Of a stretch of DNA of 64,000 nucleotides, positions 59,092 to 64,000 are shown piece by piece; the first letter of the stretch is position 1, and every line of letters starts with the position of its first letter. The stretch is from an uncultured Gemmatimonadales bacterium (GTDB taxonomy: Bacteria > Gemmatimonadota > Gemmatimonadetes > Longimicrobiales > RSA9): NCBI GenBank assembly GCA_963798845.1, contig CAWCUS010000002.1, positions 608,001-672,000 of the forward strand, written 5' to 3'. The translations under genes and the position numbers were made by a program. The notes beneath the pieces were generated by a model, which had not been told where the DNA came from, made no database searches, and was given only the letters and a program-made list of their open reading frames with translations.

Positions 59092-61995
59092 CTAGCCGTT
59101 CCCGAGCAGGCGGTCGATGTGGGACCGGACGGCGCGCACCTGCGGTTGGAGGACGGGGTCTGCTTCCGCCCAGAGCTCCGCGAACGCGTCGTAGTAGCGG
59201 ATGGCGGTGACCGTGTCGGCGGACTGCTCCGCGAGCTCGCCGATCCGGCGGTAGACGGGGGCGAGGGGGAAGAGAATACCGGCGGCGTTCGGGAAGGCGC
59301 CGTCCCGTTCGATCCTCGCCGCTTCCATGTACTGGGCCAGGGCGGAGTCGGGGCGCTGGAGGCCGTCGAAGGCCAGGGCCTGGATCAGGTGATCCGCCAG
59401 CACGTGGTTGCCGAAGTTGCTGCGGACCGCTTCCCTCTCCTGCGCTATGGCGCTCGCCGGGTCACCGCGCTCGAGCGAACGGACCGCGAGCAGGCGGCGG
59501 CTCCAGGCGCCGCTGCGCAGGAGAACCGTGAACGAAGGGTCGGCATCCCAGCGGGCGGGATCCTCGCCTTCGGCGGCGCACGCAGCCAGCTCCCGGCTGC
59601 GCCCGATCTCGGCGGCGGCCGCGCATATGAGAAACCTGCTCAGGTGCATGGGCGCCCGGGCGATGCCGGTGTCGGGCATGGCCGGGGCGGCGCGCTGGAG
59701 CAGGGTCCAGGCGCGATCCGGCTGACCGGTGAGCGTGGCGACGTGGGCCACCGCTGCCACCGCCGCGGCCCGGTCCCACGGATGGCCCCGGCCGGTGTCC
59801 GCGAGCACGGCCTGCAGTCCGCGGCCGGCGGCGGCGAGCTTACCGCGGGCGAGGTAGACGTAGGGACAGCCGTCGTAGGTCGGCCGGCCCGCGCAGAAGG
59901 CCTCGGCGCCTTGCCAGCTGCGGTGCAGGAGGTGGTGCAGGAGCACGGCCGCCGGATCGAGCTCCAGACCGGCGCGGGTGGCCGTGAGCGCCCGGACGCG
60001 GTAGAGGCTGTCGGCCAGTGCGGTGCGCCCCAGCGCCCACGCCGCCGCGCCGCCGCGGGCGAGCGAGAAATCCGCGGCGATTCCGGTGGGGTTGGTCCGG
60101 AGGTGCTGGAGCGAGACATCCAGCGCCCGTTCCCAGCCGCCCTGCCAGAGGGCGACGTCCGCAAGGAACGGCATGGAAGCGTCAGCCGTGGGCGGATACT
60201 CCGCCAGCGCGGCCCCGGCTGCCGCCGCCGCGGCTGTCAGGTCCGAGGCGATGTAGCGCTGGTACAGCGCTTCCATTCCGAGCTGCCCGTCACGCGGGAG
60301 CTCGTCTCGCAGCTCGTACGCGCGCAGCATGTGCGGGACGGCGAGGTCGAAGCGACCCAGACGCTGGTAGTGGACGGCCAGGACGAAGTGGGCGAACGCG
60401 AAGTCGGGCTCGATCCGGATCGCCTCCAGCAGCGGCTCGTCGCCGTGCGCCGGGTCGTGCCAGAGCTGACCGGCCGACAGGTAGTGCGACATCGCCCGCA
60501 GCGCATCGATGCGCGCGCTGGTGATCGGCGGGAGCGGCGGACTGCTCCGGATGCTGGCCCTCGACTCGCCCAGCCGCTCGCGTAGCTCCCGTGAAAGCGC
60601 CGTCACCGCCGCCGACAGCTGGTCGAAACCCGCCACCGTGCTGGCCCGGATCCGCTCCTCGCAGCCAGGCCCCGCGAGGATCGAAACCGCCAGGACGTAG
60701 TCGTTGCCGACTGGCAGGATCCGGCCGGCCAGCACACCCGCCGCTCCCTCACGCTCGGCGATCTGACACGCGAGCGCCGCGTCGACGCGCGTGTCACGCG
60801 GCAGGCGCATGCGCCCGAGCACGTCCTCCAGCCCGCGACGGGTGAACGCGCCGAGACCGCCCACCACGCTGGTGTAGCCGGCGGAGCCCACATCCCGGAC
60901 GAGCAGGGTCTGGAACGCGAGGGCGAGAGCCGTATCGGCCCCGGGCATGTCGAAATCCGACACGAGCAGCCAGTCGCCCCGGGCGAGGGGGGAGGTGACG
61001 CGGCCACTGGCCTCCACCGCGATGGCGGACGACAGCCGGCTGGCACGTAGGATCCCCCAGCCGGTCAGAACGAGAATCACGGCGGCCACACCGCCCACGA
61101 CCAACCGGTCGCGAAAGCCGGAGGGGCGGCGTCGGGCGCGGTTTGGTGCGGTTGCCGGGCGAGATGATTCGCGCAGGGAGTGATCCGCGGGCGCGCGTGC
61201 GCCGGTGTCGCCGGAGGTGATCGACGCCACCTCGGCGGGTTCCCGAGCTGGCCGCGGCTCGGCTGGAGCATCGTGGAGCGTTTGCGCGAGGGCGACCAGC
61301 TCCGGCGACGGCTCCAGCTCGAGCTCCCGAGCCAGCTCAACGGCCCACGACTCGTAGACGCCGAGCGCGCCCGCGCGGTCCCCGGCGGCCGCGAGGGCCC
61401 GGATCAGCTCGTCCGCCGCGGCCTCGCTCTCCGGCGCCAGTCGCAGCGCCCGGATTGCCGTCTGCGCGGCCTCCGGCAGACGACCGCTCGAGATGTGGGC
61501 GTACGCCGCCTCCCGGGCAGCGTTCGCGGCCGCGGAGCGGAGCCGGTCCCGCTCCGTCCCGGCCCACGCTTCGAACCCCGCCGCCCCGCTCGCGTGGAAC
61601 CCGGACAGGAACGGGCCGGCGTAAAGGTCGAGCGCGGTACCGTGATCGCCCGCGGCGATGGCGTCCTCGAACGCCAGGACGTCGCAGGCGATGGCACCCG
61701 GCGCCACACGGACGTCATTCTTCCCCCGCAGCTCCAGGATCTCCGGGCCCGCCGCCCGCCGGATGCGGGTGAGCGCCTGGCTCAGGGCGCCACGGGCGTG
61801 CTCGTCGTCGCTGTCCGGCCAGAAGAGGGCGCACAGGGTATCACGGCGAACGAAGCCCCGGGGACGGGCAAGGAGGAGATAGACCAGGAGGGCCAGGCTC
61901 CTCGGCTGAGCCAGCACGAAGCCGACGCTTCCGCCTTGTGCCGTGCGGAGGTCGGGGGATCCGAACGTCCGGAGTCGAAGCACCAGATCACGCAC
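59092..61995 (-). CDS. Membrane-anchored SARP/BTAD-domain regulator with extracytoplasmic TPR region
   Basis: wHTH (LALLVYL..RDTL.ALFWP..ARGALSQAL), BTAD (YAGPFLSGF, ELELEPS), TM near aa 300, TPR-like helices. Confidence 0.8.
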   Translation of the reverse strand: MRDLVLRLRTFGSPDLRTAQGGSVGFVLAQPRSLALLVYLLLARPRGFVRRDTLCALFWPDSDDEHARGALSQALTRIRRAAGPEILELRGKNDVRVAPGAIACDVLAFEDAIAAGDHGTALDLYAGPFLSGFHASGAAGFEAWAGTERDRLRSAAANAAREAAYAHISSGRLPEAAQTAIRALRLAPESEAAADELIRALAAAGDRAGALGVYESWAVELARELELEPSPELVALAQTLHDAPAEPRPAREPAEVASITSGDTGARAPADHSLRESSRPATAPNRARRRPSGFRDRLVVGGVAAVILVLTGWGILRASRLSSAIAVEASGRVTSPLARGDWLLVSDFDMPGADTALALAFQTLLVRDVGSAGYTSVVGGLGAFTRRGLEDVLGRMRLPRDTRVDAALACQIAEREGAAGVLAGRILPVGNDYVLAVSILAGPGCEERIRASTVAGFDQLSAAVTALSRELRERLGESRASIRSSPPLPPITSARIDALRAMSHYLSAGQLWHDPAHGDEPLLEAIRIEPDFAFAHFVLAVHYQRLGRFDLAVPHMLRAYELRDELPRDGQLGMEALYQRYIASDLTAAAAAAGAALAEYPPTADASMPFLADVALWQGGWERALDVSLQHLRTNPTGIAADFSLARGGAAAWALGRTALADSLYRVRALTATRAGLELDPAAVLLHHLLHRSWQGAEAFCAGRPTYDGCPYVYLARGKLAAAGRGLQAVLADTGRGHPWDRAAAVAAVAHVATLTGQPDRAWTLLQRAAPAMPDTGIARAPMHLSRFLICAAAAEIGRSRELAACAAEGEDPARWDADPSFTVLLRSGAWSRRLLAVRSLERGDPASAIAQEREAVRSNFGNHVLADHLIQALAFDGLQRPDSALAQYMEAARIERDGAFPNAAGILFPLAPVYRRIGELAEQSADTVTAIRYYDAFAELWAEADPVLQPQVRAVRSHIDRLLGNG

Positions 61996-62182
61996 TGGAA
62001 CGGCCGCGCGGACGGGGACGTCGACTTCCTCCGCGCGGGTGAACCTCCACGATACCCTCCACGCACGACAAGAGCAACGGGACAGGGGCGCACACCTCCC
62101 CTGTCCCGTTGCCCGGGCAGTTCGAAACGGCCGGTCCCTCGTGGCGGGCTCGCCGGAGCGGCCCGCCGCGAGGTGTCAGCGG

Positions 62183-64000
62183 TCAGTCGACAGGCGAATC
62201 CTCAGCCGTGCAGACCGTCATGTCCATCAGCGGCGCCGGCGTAGCCTTCTTGCTCTCGGCGCCGAACAGCCTGTACGAGACCGTCCCGCCTTCCCCCCTC
62301 AGGTTCACGCTCCACGTCCCGGTGGCCGCGGGCGTCAGCTCCTTCGTGACGCTCACCCCGTTCTGGATCTGGATCAGGCTCACGCCAGGGTCCGCGTTCT
62401 CCCACGCGATCTTGACCTGGAGCTGACCGCTGCGCGGGTGAGCCCTGTACGTGCAGCTGCTGCCGAACACGGGCGACCCGCCCCCGGTGACCTCGAAGCT
62501 CTGCTCATTTCCGTCGGCGGCCAGGTATTCCGTCCCCGCGGCCACGTGCGCCACCAGCGTGCACGTGCCCGCGGCATCGAAGCTCACGACACCGCCGCTC
62601 ACGGTGCAGACGCCGGTCGTGCTCGAGGTCGTGGACTTGGTCCCGTCACTCGGAGACGTGTACGTCGGCATGAAGGTCCCGCCGACCGTGGCGCTCGACG
62701 GCACGTTGTTGATGCTGACCGTGGTGGACGCCTTCGCGATGTTGAAGCTCTGCGAGAGCGGACCGGCGGACGTATAGCCGCCGACCGCGGCCTGCGACGC
62801 TACGATGATGCAGTGGCTCGGATCCACCGCCGCACCCGTGATCGTCACCATCCCGCCGGTGACCGAGCAGCCGGTGCTGCTCGTGTCCAGGGCGAAGGTG
62901 ATGGCCCCCGTGCTGTTGCTGCTGGTGTATCCGGCCACGCTGAACGGCGCGTCACCGTACGTCTTCGCCGGCAGTATCGAGAGATCGAAGGTGAAGTCCG
63001 GGGTGATCGGCGCGGCCGGGGACACGGTGATGTCCCGGGGGACCGCGTTCGCCGCCAGGTAGTTGCTGCCTTCTGCCACGTGCGCGGTGAGCGTGCAGGT
63101 CCCGGCGGCGATGTAGCTCACGTAACCGCTCGTCCCATTCACCGTGCAGATGCCGGTGGTGCTCGAACTCACCGAGGTGGCCCCGTCGCCGTCCGCCTCG
63201 ACCGTGGGCGTGAAGCCGCCGCCCACCGTGCCGCTGCTCGGCGTCCCCGGGGCGAAGGCCAGGTCCGGCACGGCCTTGTTGATCGTGAACGTCCCGGCCA
63301 CGTAGCTGAAGCTGTAGTTGGCCGAGGTGAGGCCGCTCGGCGTGATGGAGTACGTGCCCGCGTTCGTGGGCGGCGTCGTCGAGGAGCCGTAGCTCGTCCC
63401 GCCGGTCCCCGCGAACGTGTAGACGAGGCTCCCACCGAGCGCTGTCGAGTCCTCCGATCCTGCGAAGGTGCTGTAGCCAACGCCGAAAGTCGGCGTGGGA
63501 TCGAGGTAGGTGATGGTCTGGTTCTTGGCCGTCACGGTCAACGCCGCCTTCGCGATCTGGAAGCTCTGCGAGATCGGCCCCGCGGCCGCGTAGGTCCCAT
63601 CCGCCGCCAGCGACGCTGTGATCACACAGGATGCGGGATCCACCGCCGCCCCGGTGATCGTCACCTCACCCGCGGAGGTCACGGAGCAGCCGCTGCCCGC
63701 CCCGAGGGCGAACGTCACGGCCCCCGTGCTGTTCGTGCTCACATAAGGCGGGCCCGCCACGCTGAACGGCGCGTCACCGTACGTCTTCGCCGACAGCGTG
63801 CCGAGGTTGAAGGTGAAGTTCGGGGCGATCGGCGCGGCCGGGGACACCACGAAGCTCTGGGGACCGCCGTCGGCCGAGGTGAAGTTGGGGCCCTCCGCCA
63901 CGTGCGCCACGAGGGTGCAGGTCCCGGCGGCGATGTAGCTCACATCAAGGCCGCTCGCCGTGCAGACGGTCAGAGTGCTCGACGTCACCGATGTCGCCCC
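62183..64000 (-). CDS. Large repetitive surface protein (Ig-like/MBG-like repeats), 5'-truncated by window edge
   Basis: Thr/Ser/Gly-rich; repeated KTYGDAPFSVAG and AAGTCTL.AHVA modules; MBG-like NAGTYSITPSGLTSANY. Confidence 0.8.
   Translation of the reverse strand, partial: GATSVTSSTLTVCTASGLDVSYIAAGTCTLVAHVAEGPNFTSADGGPQSFVVSPAAPIAPNFTFNLGTLSAKTYGDAPFSVAGPPYVSTNSTGAVTFALGAGSGCSVTSAGEVTITGAAVDPASCVITASLAADGTYAAAGPISQSFQIAKAALTVTAKNQTITYLDPTPTFGVGYSTFAGSEDSTALGGSLVYTFAGTGGTSYGSSTTPPTNAGTYSITPSGLTSANYSFSYVAGTFTINKAVPDLAFAPGTPSSGTVGGGFTPTVEADGDGATSVSSSTTGICTVNGTSGYVSYIAAGTCTLTAHVAEGSNYLAANAVPRDITVSPAAPITPDFTFDLSILPAKTYGDAPFSVAGYTSSNSTGAITFALDTSSTGCSVTGGMVTITGAAVDPSHCIIVASQAAVGGYTSAGPLSQSFNIAKASTTVSINNVPSSATVGGTFMPTYTSPSDGTKSTTSSTTGVCTVSGGVVSFDAAGTCTLVAHVAAGTEYLAADGNEQSFEVTGGGSPVFGSSCTYRAHPRSGQLQVKIAWENADPGVSLIQIQNGVSVTKELTPAATGTWSVNLRGEGGTVSYRLFGAESKKATPAPLMDMTVCTAEDSPVD

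Overview
A very GC-rich, gene-dense bacterial chromosomal segment. The style (BTAD membrane regulators, many lipoprotein peptidases, TonB-dependent receptor) suggests Gemmatimonadota/Longimicrobiales; this is inference, not tested. It holds about 60 CDS and one tRNA-Thr(TGT). The right half is mostly housekeeping: prfC, rsmD-like, rnd, pyk, pgi, an NtrC-type two-component pair, smpB, an amidase, pyrD, pyrF, MscS and cysS. The left half is catabolic/accessory: GH97, methionine gamma-lyase, Dcp, S9 peptidase, a kinase-phospholyase fusion, cfa, ABC-F and a TBDR operon. I saw no CRISPR array, rRNA, integrase or transposase. The most interesting signals are: (1) a co-oriented cluster at 22952-28379 of TonB receptor, S-component-like membrane protein, VOC dioxygenase, frameshifted TiaS-like GxDDTD protein and a HEPN-like (RNAIVH)-CBS protein; (2) a single-ORF HicA-HicB fusion with the catalytic His replaced, coupled to an rsmD-like gene; (3) a composite intergenic element before pgi, with two tandem arrays flanking palindromes; (4) several apparently leaderless genes. 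Product calls come from recognising motifs by eye; no database searches were run.
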